Source of the DNA: an uncultured Spirochaetota bacterium
GTDB taxonomy: Bacteria > Spirochaetota > Brevinematia > Brevinematales > JAOACQ01
DNA length: 64,000 nucleotides
Direction of reading: 5' to 3'
NCBI GenBank assembly: GCA_963783575.1
Contig: CAWAOD010000005.1
Location: 544,001 to 608,000 of the forward strand
Shown: one piece after another, positions 19,043 to 28,125 of the stretch
How the letters are laid out: each line of letters opens with the position of its first letter
Position numbering within the stretch: the first letter of the stretch is position 1
Position numbers and translations under genes: made by a program
Notes under the pieces: model-generated
What the model was told of the DNA's origin: nothing
What the model saw: only the letters and a program-made list of their open reading frames with translations
Database searches by the model: none

Positions 19043-20210
19043 TTATTCAAGATATTCCTGAATAGGCAGTAATGCCGCACCGAGCACTGGTGCCTTGGAC
19101 CCAAGGCGTGATGCAGCAATCAATACGTCGCCTGTTCCTTCAAAAACGCGAGGTGTAAACACTCTCTCTTTCAGAAGTTCAATAAATAAATCACCAACGG
19201 ATCCAATTTCCCCTCCTATCAAAATTGCCTGAGGATCCAATCCCAGACATGATGTTTTGAATTCCAAGCGCAAAGTAATCCAGGTATTCGTTCCATAAGT
19301 TGATAACTGTTTTATCACCTGATTTCAATGATTTAAGAAAATCAGAAATAGAATAACCGACCGGATTTTGAATTTCCATGGCTTGAAAATATCTTTCCAT
19401 AAGCGCTTTTTCCGATGCATATAGTTCCCAGCAGCCTTTCCTGCCGCAATTACATAGTTTTCCATCTGGAACTACCGTCATATGCCCAAACTCACCGGCA
19501 CGCTGATTTTTTCCTTTATATAATTTTCCATGAATTATAAGTCCGGTTCCTATTCCTCTTGCAACTGAAACATATATAAGTTCACTTGATTTTGAAGGTT
19601 TGCCGAATTTCATTTCGGCTAGAGCACCTGCGTTTGCTTCATTTTCAATAAAAATAGGGTAGCGGAAAATATTCTCAAAAGGTTTGAATTGAATATCTTT
19701 CATTCCAAGATTTGGGGCCAACTCCAGGGTCATCTTATTCTGGTTGACCGTACCGGGAAGTGAGAAACCGACTCCGAGAACTTTTTCATGCGGGATTTTT
19801 AATGATAGGAGGATGTGTTCTATTTCATCAGAAGTCCGGTTCACCACTTCATCGATACGGCCAAAAGATTCTATTGAAAGTTCGGATTCAAAACGGACCT
19901 CTAAATCAAGATTTGACAAGATAATCCGAACTTTTTCTTGTGTGAATTCCACTCCGAATGATACCCGCGAGTCCGGCAGGTAGCGTGCAATTATTGCTTT
20001 CCTGCCGCCTGTGGATTCTGCTGTACCGGCTTCCTCAACAAGGCCTTCTTCTATTAATTCCTGTATATTTGTAGCAACAGTGGGAATGCTGATGCCGGTT
20101 TTCAAAGATATAGACTGTCTAGTTAATTCTCTCTTTACAGTGAGTAGATTTATAATTTTCCGGCGATTGTAATTCTTAATAGCCTTATGATTGATAACCG
20201 GAGAATTCAT
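19043..20210 (-). pseudogene. xylR: ROK family repressor (XylR-like) with a +1 frameshift at ~19242-19247 (possibly an assembly error)
   Basis: N-terminal wHTH, STGGRK, ENEANAGALAE, GEFGHM, CNCGRKGCWE. The C-terminal LDPQAILIGG...APVLGAAL lies in another frame; removing one base restores GIQNIM(S/L)GLDPQ. Confidence 0.82.
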
Positions 20211-20229
20211 TCGTTTGCCTGCCTAGAAC

Positions 20230-21552
20230 TTATTTTGTTTCTAGAATGTATTGGTTGACCAGTGCCTCAAGCATTTCCTGCCTTCCGGATATATTATTAA
20301 TTTTGTCGTTTGATAGTGCATATTTTTCGAGAGATATAAAATCCGCTTTGCCATTTACAATTTCTTTACCGATGCCTGTTTGGTAACTGGAGTAACGGTT
20401 TTCAACAAATTGATCTAGCGCTTTATCGTCAATAATTTTTTGTGCTACTTTTAACCCGCGGGCAAAAGCGTCCATTCCGGCAATGTGACTGTAGAATAAA
20501 TCTATGGGTTCAAATGAGCCCCTCCTTACTTTTGCATCGAAATTAGTACCACCCTTGCCAAGACCGCCGTTTTTCAAAATCTCAAACATTGCTAAAGTTG
20601 TTGTATTTAAGTCGGTTGGAAACTGGTCAGTGTCCCAGCCCAGAAGCATATCACCCTGGTTTGCGTCTATGGAACCGAGCATACCGTTGATACGGGCCAT
20701 ATTAAGTTCATGCTGAAAGGTGTGTCCGGCCAGGGTAGCATGGTTAACTTCGATATTGAGCTTAAAATTATTATCAAGTCCGTATGTTTTTAGGAAACCC
20801 ATGACTGTAGCGGCATCAAAATCATACTGGTGTTTGGTCGGTTCCTTGGGTTTTGGTTCAATAAGGAATTGTCCTTTGAAACCGATCTTCTTAGCATAAT
20901 TGACGGCCATACCCAGGAAACGTGCAAAATTGTCAAGTTCCAGTTTAAGATTTGTATTAAGAAGGGTTTCATATCCTTCGCGGCCGCCCCAGAAGACATA
21001 ATTTTCACCGCCAAGTTCAAAAGTGATTTCAATCGCTTTTTTAACCTGGGCTGCTGCAAAAGCGAATACATCAGCATTGCAGGAAGTAGATGCGCCGTGA
21101 ACAAAGCGGGGATTGCTGAAAAGGTTTGCTGTTCCCCAGAGAAGTTTTATTCCCGTTGATTTCTGCAATTCTTTTGCTATTTTAACTATTTCATCAAGAC
21201 GCCGGTTGGTTTCACTGAGAGTGTCAGCTTCCGGCGCGATATCACGGTCATGAAAACAATAAAAAGGTATACCGAGTTTTTCGATGAATTCGAAATTCAC
21301 CATCATTCTTACCTTAGCTTTTTCCATGGGATTACTTTCATCATCCCAAGGCCGGATCATAGTAGCAGAACCAAATGGATCGGTGCCGGTTCCTGTCATT
21401 GTGTGCCAGTATGCAACGGAAAACCTGAGATGATCTTTCATAGTCTTTCCATTAATTTTTTCTTCTGCATTATAATACTTGAATGATAACGGATTTTTTG
21501 AATTGGCACCTTCATAAGGAATTGCCGGTACATCTTTAAAATATTCATTCAT
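20230..21552 (-). CDS. xylA: Xylose isomerase (class II)
   Basis: [52 protein letters not shown]. Start moved to ATG 21552 after GAGG. Confidence 0.97.
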   Translation of the reverse strand: MNEYFKDVPAIPYEGANSKNPLSFKYYNAEEKINGKTMKDHLRFSVAYWHTMTGTGTDPFGSATMIRPWDDESNPMEKAKVRMMVNFEFIEKLGIPFYCFHDRDIAPEADTLSETNRRLDEIVKIAKELQKSTGIKLLWGTANLFSNPRFVHGASTSCNADVFAFAAAQVKKAIEITFELGGENYVFWGGREGYETLLNTNLKLELDNFARFLGMAVNYAKKIGFKGQFLIEPKPKEPTKHQYDFDAATVMGFLKTYGLDNNFKLNIEVNHATLAGHTFQHELNMARINGMLGSIDANQGDMLLGWDTDQFPTDLNTTTLAMFEILKNGGLGKGGTNFDAKVRRGSFEPIDLFYSHIAGMDAFARGLKVAQKIIDDKALDQFVENRYSSYQTGIGKEIVNGKADFISLEKYALSNDKINNISGRQEMLEALVNQYILETK

Positions 21553-21583
21553 ATTATCTTCCTCGCAATAAATAAAGTAAGAA

Positions 21584-21612
21584 ATTATATCATTTATTAG
21601 ATTACATGTCAA
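21584..21612 (-). promoter_or_regulatory. Consensus sigma70 promoter of xylA
   Basis: TTGACA-17 nt-TATAAT with TG extension on the minus strand. Confidence 0.75.
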
Positions 21613-21773
21613 TTAAATAAATATCTTATTAAATAACATTTAGAAAGTATTTTATTTTTCTATTTTCTAATCCCGACTATTTGAATATCTTTGTGATTGT
21701 TTGCAGCGCCTGCCGTTTTTTGGAAATATTTTTCCCTCAAACTGATGGAAGAGGCAGATTTGGAATTAAACTA

Positions 21774-22906
21774 GTGCTTAATTGCGTAAGTTAACGATAG
21801 TATTTCTTAATTGAGAACCTTTCACTTCCCGTTTTCTCCACACAAAAGGTTTTGCGGTTTCAGTGTATGCTTTAACAAATGCATCTATTGCTTCTCTCAA
21901 TTCTTCCGTGTTTTTAAAACTGGCGCCTCTAAGAGCTTTTCGGCTCATAATACCAAACCATATTTCCACCTGATTTAACCAACTTGCCGAAGTAGGCGTG
22001 TAATGAAAAAAAACATTCTTATTCCGGGATAACCATTCATCGTTCTTTTTGTGAATACAATAATTGTCTAAAATTACATGAATTTCTTTATCTTTTGAAA
22101 CATCTACCACCACTCTATCCATAAACTCAAGAAATTCAATACGTCTTTTGTATTCAGTAGTTTGGGTGTGTATTAACCCTGTAGCTACTTCCAGCGCAGC
22201 AAATAGGTTCAGCGTTCCATTTCTTTTATATGTACTTTTGTATCCTCTTACAATTTTTCCATTATCCGTCTCTACATAGCCGGTTGTCCTTTCCAACGCT
22301 TGAATACCAGGTTTTTCGTCTACAGATATAACCAATGCATTCATCGGCGGATTTAAATACAACCCAATAATATTTGTGGCTTTTGTCGAAAATTCAGGAT
22401 CAGTGCTGACACACCAACTTCGCTGTCGGGATAAGCAAATTCCTTCTTTTCTTAAAACCCTCCATACCGCATGCGTTGATGTGTTTAAATGTTTTGCTAA
22501 AGCCGGACCATCCCAAATTGCCTGCCCGATAGGCGGTGTTTTTTCCAGAGTTTCTAAAACTTTGTCCCTGAAATTCTGCCCATATATTTTTGGCTTTCCT
22601 GACCTGGGCAGATCATACAATCCATCAATTCCTTTTTGCTGAAATCTTTTTTTCCAATCAATAACCGTATTTGGTCTTATGTGAAGGTCAGCCGCAATCT
22701 CAGATACATTTTGTCCTTTCAGGCTATTGACAATTATTTTCGCCCTCTCTACAAGTCGCGCTTCCATAGTTCGGCTTCTCACCCAACTATCAAGAATAAT
22801 TTCATCCGCTTTGGTGCATGTTATAACTTGCGTTTTCTTAGACATACAACCTCCTTTTTTATGTCTAAGATTATAATTAATAACGCTTATTATTGCAATT
22901 AAGCAC
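21774..22906 (-). mobile_element. IS630-family insertion sequence (~1133 bp)
   Basis: Terminal IRs GTGCTTAATTGC / GCAATTAAGCAC flanked by duplicated TA within a CTAG target. Confidence 0.92.
21778..22845 (-). CDS. IS630 family transposase
   Basis: N-terminal HTH, DLPRSGKP; DDE motifs VDEK, LDNY, SWLNQVEIWF; single uninterrupted ORF. Confidence 0.95.
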   Translation of the reverse strand: MSKKTQVITCTKADEIILDSWVRSRTMEARLVERAKIIVNSLKGQNVSEIAADLHIRPNTVIDWKKRFQQKGIDGLYDLPRSGKPKIYGQNFRDKVLETLEKTPPIGQAIWDGPALAKHLNTSTHAVWRVLRKEGICLSRQRSWCVSTDPEFSTKATNIIGLYLNPPMNALVISVDEKPGIQALERTTGYVETDNGKIVRGYKSTYKRNGTLNLFAALEVATGLIHTQTTEYKRRIEFLEFMDRVVVDVSKDKEIHVILDNYCIHKKNDEWLSRNKNVFFHYTPTSASWLNQVEIWFGIMSRKALRGASFKNTEELREAIDAFVKAYTETAKPFVWRKREVKGSQLRNTIVNLRN

Positions 22907-22986
22907 TAGGTTAAAAGATAAGAAGATTCGACTTAGCAAGGATAGCAACCAAAATAAGGCTTACTTATACCAGGTCTAATAAAATA

Positions 22987-23838
22987 TCATTTTACATTCG
23001 ATATTTCCTCGAGAATAATTTCCTCATCCTGAAATACTTTTTTTATTACAAGCCTTCTGTCCGAATCCTCAATATATGCACTTGTACTTTTTAAAAAAGT
23101 TCCCATCAGCTTGCCAAGGAATTGATCCCCCATAGAAATATGCCCTTTATAAACCCTGAATGTTCCCGCTTTTACGGTTAAATTTTCTTTATTTTCATAA
23201 TTAAATGTCATTGCTAACGGTTCTTTCATGAAGGTTGGGAGTATAATATAAATGATTCCATGACTGCTTGGGTCAAAAAAACGGCCGGCATATTGACTCA
23301 TTGAAAACATATCCAGAACGGGAAAACCCGGTTTAACATTAATCCTGTATTTTATCGAATTTGTTACATCATTCTTTATTGACTTAGCTGAATATTCAAC
23401 AAATCCTTTATCCCGGTTCAATTTGTAATAGGATGAGACAAGGCCGCTGAATCCGAATTTCTCCCAATTTTTCCAATAATTCGTGTTTAAAGTAACAATT
23501 GCTTCTAATGTTAATCCCTCGATCGGATCGAATAGGGTTATTACCGGCCAGTTAGTATAATTTTCATTTAATTTTTCACCTGAAACACTCACTATGTTGA
23601 AATATAACCGGTAATAAAATCCACCGTTTTCATTTGTTATCTTTTTTGTTACCTGATAAAAATCAAAAGCTTTAGATCCATCGACATAATCACCGTAATG
23701 CAGAAATTCACAGTCAGATATTTCAATAGCAGGAAATGTCTTCATTGGCTGCTGATTTTCCATAATTGTACAGGCGCTTACTGTAAAAAAGGTAATTAAC
23801 AGTATTCCTCCGAAGATTAACCTTAAATAATTAAGCAT
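22987..23838 (-). CDS. Uncharacterised lipoprotein, paralog 1 (tentatively DUF3108-like)
   Basis: Lipobox VSAC; motifs LHYGDY, KEPLAMTF, LTVKAGTF, GDQFLGKL, EDSDRRL shared with two neighbours. Confidence 0.75.
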   Translation of the reverse strand: MLNYLRLIFGGILLITFFTVSACTIMENQQPMKTFPAIEISDCEFLHYGDYVDGSKAFDFYQVTKKITNENGGFYYRLYFNIVSVSGEKLNENYTNWPVITLFDPIEGLTLEAIVTLNTNYWKNWEKFGFSGLVSSYYKLNRDKGFVEYSAKSIKNDVTNSIKYRINVKPGFPVLDMFSMSQYAGRFFDPSSHGIIYIILPTFMKEPLAMTFNYENKENLTVKAGTFRVYKGHISMGDQFLGKLMGTFLKSTSAYIEDSDRRLVIKKVFQDEEIILEEISNVK

Positions 23839-23862
23839 AATTCATACCTCTTTATTTTATTA

Positions 23863-25137
23863 TTATGGATGCAGAAAACTTATTAAAAGCATTATATTCA
23901 TAGCAGTCACAATGCTTCCAATAAAAATCAGTAGAAAATTTGTTGATTTTACATTCGCAAATTTACCCATTACTTTCCCTGAAGAGGTCAAATAGATTTG
24001 AGTAAAAATCGTTATGGGGAGCTGAATACTCAATATCATCTGTGAAAAAATTAGTCCTTGGAATGGATTTCTAATAAAAAAGATAATAATTAAAGCGGCG
24101 ATTACCGTAATCCATATACCGATGAAAGTATGACTATCCTTGGGGTTATAATGTTCGCCAAAAATTCCCGAAAAGATTGAGCCTCCAGCCATTCCAGCTG
24201 TAATACTGCTTGATATTCCGGAAAAGAGAAGGGCAATGGCAAATAGTATTGAAGCACTGTTTCCAGCAAGTGGTGTAAGCATTTTTTGCGCCTGTCCCAG
24301 TTCATTTACATCTATCTTATTTTGGAAGAAAGTTGCGGCTGCAATAATGATTATTGCACTGTTAATTGCCCATCCGATTACCATTGAAAAAAGCGTATCA
24401 AAAAATTCGTAATTAAGCTGGCTTTTTATAATTCTGTCATCTTTCAGGTTCCACTGACGGCTCTGTATAATTTCAGAATGAAGAAACAAATTATGCGGCA
24501 TCACAACCGCACCCAGAACACTCATCATAACTGGCATTGACCCTTTCGGTATGGAGGGCTTAATCCAGCTGATAATTGCTTTCGGCCAGTCAACATGAAC
24601 AAAACCCAGTTCAAATAATAATGAAATTCCTATAATAGAAACAAACCCGATAATAATCCTCTCCATTTTTTTATAAGAATTTGTGAATAGAAGTATAAGT
24701 GTTAAAATTGAGATTAAAATAGAACCGATTACTAACGGTAAATTGAAAAGGATTTGAAGCGCAATAGCAGCCCCGAGAATTTCTGCAAGCGCGGTTGAAA
24801 CGGCAGCTACCATAGCGGTAAAAAGGATTGTTCCGGAAATCCAGGGTTTCATGTATAATGCAGAAGCCTCAGCGATACATAAACCGGAGGCAATACCAAG
24901 GTGCGCCGCATTATGCTGGAGAATTATAAGCAAAATTGTAGATAGAGTAACAATCCATAGTAATGTATATCCATATTTTGAGCCGGCAGCGACATCGGAT
25001 GCCCAGTTTCCAGGGTCGATAAATCCGATCGTTACAAGAAGGCCTGGCCCGATGTATTTCAATATTTCGAGAGCGCCAAACCTGGCCTTATGAGCTTTTA
25101 TGTTAAAAATGCCTTTTATTAGTTTTTGAAATTTCAT
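23863..25137 (-). CDS. mntH: Nramp family divalent metal (Mn2+/Fe2+) transporter
   Basis: GPGLLVTIGFIDPGNW and GAVVMPHNLFLHS signature motifs; about 11 TM segments. Confidence 0.93.
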   Translation of the reverse strand: MKFQKLIKGIFNIKAHKARFGALEILKYIGPGLLVTIGFIDPGNWASDVAAGSKYGYTLLWIVTLSTILLIILQHNAAHLGIASGLCIAEASALYMKPWISGTILFTAMVAAVSTALAEILGAAIALQILFNLPLVIGSILISILTLILLFTNSYKKMERIIIGFVSIIGISLLFELGFVHVDWPKAIISWIKPSIPKGSMPVMMSVLGAVVMPHNLFLHSEIIQSRQWNLKDDRIIKSQLNYEFFDTLFSMVIGWAINSAIIIIAAATFFQNKIDVNELGQAQKMLTPLAGNSASILFAIALLFSGISSSITAGMAGGSIFSGIFGEHYNPKDSHTFIGIWITVIAALIIIFFIRNPFQGLIFSQMILSIQLPITIFTQIYLTSSGKVMGKFANVKSTNFLLIFIGSIVTAMNIMLLISFLHP

Positions 25138-25217
25138 TCTATTTCCCTCAACTAACTATATTTTAGACTCCTGATGATTTAGTGATGTAAAATCCGTTAA
25201 ATTAAATTTTACAGTAT

Positions 25218-26036
25218 TTATTGTATTATTTTATCCAGAATAATAACCGATCCGTCTGAATCTATGGCTTTTACCATCAGACCTCTCTCGGAATCCTCAA
25301 GCCAGAAATATATTTGCTTTGTAAATCCCTCCAATAGTTTTCCAAGAAAAGGATCGGCAATCCTTCCCCCGATTTTTAATGTATCGAATTTTCCAATTGG
25401 GGTTTCTATTATTTCCTTACCGATAAAATTAAAGCTAACAGGTATCGGTGTTTTTGACATAAGAGGTTCGGCCACATAAATTATTCCCTTTCCCCTCATA
25501 TCGAGAAAACGCCCGCCGATCATTCCAATCGAATCGAGATCCCAGATTGGATATTCCGGATTATATTTAATTTTACCGCTACTTGATTTCAATGTATAAC
25601 CATCCCAATATTTAAAACTGTAAAAAATTTGTCCACTGTTTTTATTAATTATAATTTCACGATAAGTCATTCCTTTTTCATTATTTTCCATCATATTGCT
25701 GTAATTGTCATAACAAGATTCAGTCAAAGAAACATTGCGGAGTGATACTTCCAGTTTGAAATTATAATTGCTGTAATTTTCGGGATGCATATTTTCCTTT
25801 CCTGCCTTAATCACCTGGCTATAAACAACAATTCTTTCTTCAGAATTATAAACCCGGTATAAATTATAATAGTTATCTGTTTTCTCACCGTTTTTATAAA
25901 TATTATAATGAAGTGTTTCACCATCCCGAATTAATAATTTTTTAGCTTTCATTGGAGACATTTCATTTTTTACACAACCTACAAACAAAATAAAGCATAA
26001 TAATATAAATATTGAAAGTATTATATTATGTTTCAT
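25218..26036 (-). CDS. Uncharacterised lipoprotein, paralog 2 (tentatively DUF3108-like)
   Basis: Lipobox FVGC; DGETLHYNIY..GEK.D, PIPVSF, IETPIGKF, ADPFLGKL, EDSERGL. Confidence 0.75.
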   Translation of the reverse strand: MKHNIILSIFILLCFILFVGCVKNEMSPMKAKKLLIRDGETLHYNIYKNGEKTDNYYNLYRVYNSEERIVVYSQVIKAGKENMHPENYSNYNFKLEVSLRNVSLTESCYDNYSNMMENNEKGMTYREIIINKNSGQIFYSFKYWDGYTLKSSSGKIKYNPEYPIWDLDSIGMIGGRFLDMRGKGIIYVAEPLMSKTPIPVSFNFIGKEIIETPIGKFDTLKIGGRIADPFLGKLLEGFTKQIYFWLEDSERGLMVKAIDSDGSVIILDKIIQ

Positions 26037-26125
26037 AAAACCTCCTAGGATTTGTTTGGTTTTTTAGGATTATTGATTTTTTAATAAGGAATATTATTAA
26101 ATCTTTTACTAAGGTCTGCCTTCCG

Positions 26126-26728
26126 CTAAAAATATCTTCTCACTTTTTTCATATATTCCAGATATTCCCGGCCGCATTGTATTTTTAAGAACTTTTCTTC
26201 CTCCATAATTTGATAATGTGTACCCAGGATCACAATGATTGCAAATATCAAAAAAAACAGATTACTGTAAATAAGCCATGTTCCAATAAAATATAGATCT
26301 ATGAATACAAAAATAGGGTTTCTGGTTTTTGAAAAAATGCCCGTTGTAACCAGTTTTCCCTGGTTCTGTTTATCAATGCCGACCCTCCAGGAATTTCCAA
26401 ATGAAATAAGAGATAGAATAAATAAAATAAAACCTGCTGATGTAATGATTACTCCCGCTGCTTTTAATTGTGAAATATTGAATAACTGAGTATAAAAAAT
26501 GTCAGGGAAAAGGTGCCATTTCAATTGAATAGAATAAGATATAACCACAAAAGACCATATTAGCAATCCTGCAATAAATAATATTTCAAGAACAGCATTG
26601 AAGCCTTTTTTCCCCTTTCCAATGACAAAAGGCTTAATACCTTTTGTCATTAGCTGGAGAGTCCTGCCAATCAGAAAAAGATACAGTAAAAAGAGGCATA
26701 AAAGCTCGAAATAATTGATAAAATTCAT
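26126..26728 (-). CDS. Isoprenylcysteine carboxyl methyltransferase / PEMT family membrane protein
   Basis: GNSWRVGID, LVTTGIFSKTRNPI, EEKFL..GREYLEYMKKVRRY motifs. Confidence 0.88.
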   Translation of the reverse strand: MNFINYFELLCLFLLYLFLIGRTLQLMTKGIKPFVIGKGKKGFNAVLEILFIAGLLIWSFVVISYSIQLKWHLFPDIFYTQLFNISQLKAAGVIITSAGFILFILSLISFGNSWRVGIDKQNQGKLVTTGIFSKTRNPIFVFIDLYFIGTWLIYSNLFFLIFAIIVILGTHYQIMEEEKFLKIQCGREYLEYMKKVRRYF

Positions 26729-26772
26729 TTTTCTTCCTCTTGTATTTAGTTTATGTGAATTTAATTATAAAA

Positions 26773-27705
26773 CTAATGCTTTATCACATTTGAAATTTCT
26801 TCCAGAACCTCATAATACCCCTGAACCTGTGTTTTCAATGGTAGCCTTCTATCAGTATCTTCAACCATCACACTTGAATTTTTTAAGAAAGATTCCGCCA
26901 GTTTACTGAGAAAAGGGTCTCCTATATACATAATGATTTTATTTACTTTGAAAGTTCCTGTTTTAATGGTCAGGATATCTTTTTTTTCAATTTTGAATGT
27001 TACCGGCAGGGGCTCTTTTGTAAAATTCGGAACAACAAAGTACATAATACCCGGGCTGTGCGGGTCAATCAGGCGGTCGGAAATAAAATCCTGAGAAAAA
27101 GCATCCATCAGTGGAAAGCTGGGTTTTATATTTATTGTATAGCTTGTTGTAATTATTGATTGGTCCTTTAATGATTTCGAGGTGTATTTTATATAGCCTT
27201 TATCCTTGATTAAATTTCCTTTATCCTTGATTAAATTTCCTTTATCCCTTGATAAATTTCCTTTATCACGGTATAACTGATAATGAAAATAAAATAGACC
27301 GCTAAAGCCGAATGACGAAAAAGAAGGATCATCCATAGCATTTGTGTTCAAATTTCCTTCCGCTTCTATCGTTTGAGCCCTTACAGGATCAACCAGTGCG
27401 GATATCGGCCAGTTAGAATAATTTTCTGGCAAATTTTTTGCTCCTGAAACAGGAATAATATCCATATAAAGCCTGTAATAATTATCTCCCGAACCATTTG
27501 TCACTATTCTTGTTACATAATAATAGTCCATAACCTTTTCCCCGCCGTTATAATATCCGTACCTGAGATATTCTCCATCCTTAATGTCAGTAAAGTGATA
27601 GGTTTTCATTGGAATTATCTGTTTGCTTCCCATTGAAAAAGCGTCAAGTTCAATAAATACTAATAAGAACAATATGCTGATAATAAACCGCAATCCTTTC
27701 TTCAT
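26773..27705 (-). CDS. Uncharacterised exported protein, paralog 3, with internal 7-aa repeats
   Basis: Sec-type signal (DAFS); DGEYLRYGYY..GEK.D, KEPLPVTF, LTIKTGTF, GDPFLSKL, EDTDRRL; C-terminal EEISNV shared with paralog 1. Confidence 0.75.
   Translation of the reverse strand: MKKGLRFIISILFLLVFIELDAFSMGSKQIIPMKTYHFTDIKDGEYLRYGYYNGGEKVMDYYYVTRIVTNGSGDNYYRLYMDIIPVSGAKNLPENYSNWPISALVDPVRAQTIEAEGNLNTNAMDDPSFSSFGFSGLFYFHYQLYRDKGNLSRDKGNLIKDKGNLIKDKGYIKYTSKSLKDQSIITTSYTINIKPSFPLMDAFSQDFISDRLIDPHSPGIMYFVVPNFTKEPLPVTFKIEKKDILTIKTGTFKVNKIIMYIGDPFLSKLAESFLKNSSVMVEDTDRRLPLKTQVQGYYEVLEEISNVIKH
27197..27267. repeat. 21-bp coding tandem repeat, ~3.4 copies
   Basis: CCTTTATCCTTGATTAAATTT x2, CCTTTATCCCTTGATAAATTT, CCTTTATC; encodes (R/K)DKGNL(S/I). 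Confidence 0.92.
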
Positions 27706-27759
27706 AGTATTACCTCCATTCTATAATAAAAAAAATGAGATCCTATATATTATTAAAAA

Positions 27760-27788
27760 GTTATAATGATAATAATAATCAATATCAA
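27760..27788 (-). promoter_or_regulatory. Promoter with a Fur-type box between -35 and -10
   Basis: Minus strand TTGATA-17 nt-TATAAC; TGATAATAATAATCA (27767-27781) has 1 mismatch to the 7-1-7 Fur consensus. Confidence 0.55.
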
Positions 27789-27935
27789 TATTAAATAATA
27801 AAAATTTAAAAAATTGATATTCTTTTCCGTAATCATGACAAATATGGGCCGATTTATAAGTTCAAAGTTTCTCACTGCTATGTGCGATTGTGTTAATGAA
27901 AAGTAAGACTAATGATAAAAAAAACTTTTTATTAT

Positions 27936-27985
27936 TGATAATAATTATCATTATTATTATATCACATTATAAGTTTATTTGTCAA
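27936..27985 (-). promoter_or_regulatory. Promoter with a perfect 7-1-7 Fur-type box at the transcription start
   Basis: TGATAAT-A-ATTATCA at 27936-27950; minus strand TTGACA(27985)-18 nt-TATAAT(27956). Confidence 0.65.
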
Positions 27986-28019
27986 ATAAAAAAACATTTT
28001 AGTAAATGTTATACGACCA

Positions 28020-28048
28020 TTGACAAAATTTTCCTTGATAGATAGAAT
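28020..28048 (+). promoter_or_regulatory. sigma70-type promoter
   Basis: TTGACA-17 nt-TAGAAT upstream of the hydrolase gene. Confidence 0.65.
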
Positions 28049-28125
28049 ATTGGATAAGGGGTTTGTCCTAGAATAAAAATTTGTTATTATTAAACCAAAT
28101 ATTTATTTAAAAAAGGAGGAAAGTT

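Noticed and set aside
25138..25217. yybP-ykoY Mn riboswitch or MntR box upstream of mntH
   Set aside because: Only 80 bp with no GGGGAGTA core; the TTTAG...TAAAA resemblance is too weak in AT-rich DNA.
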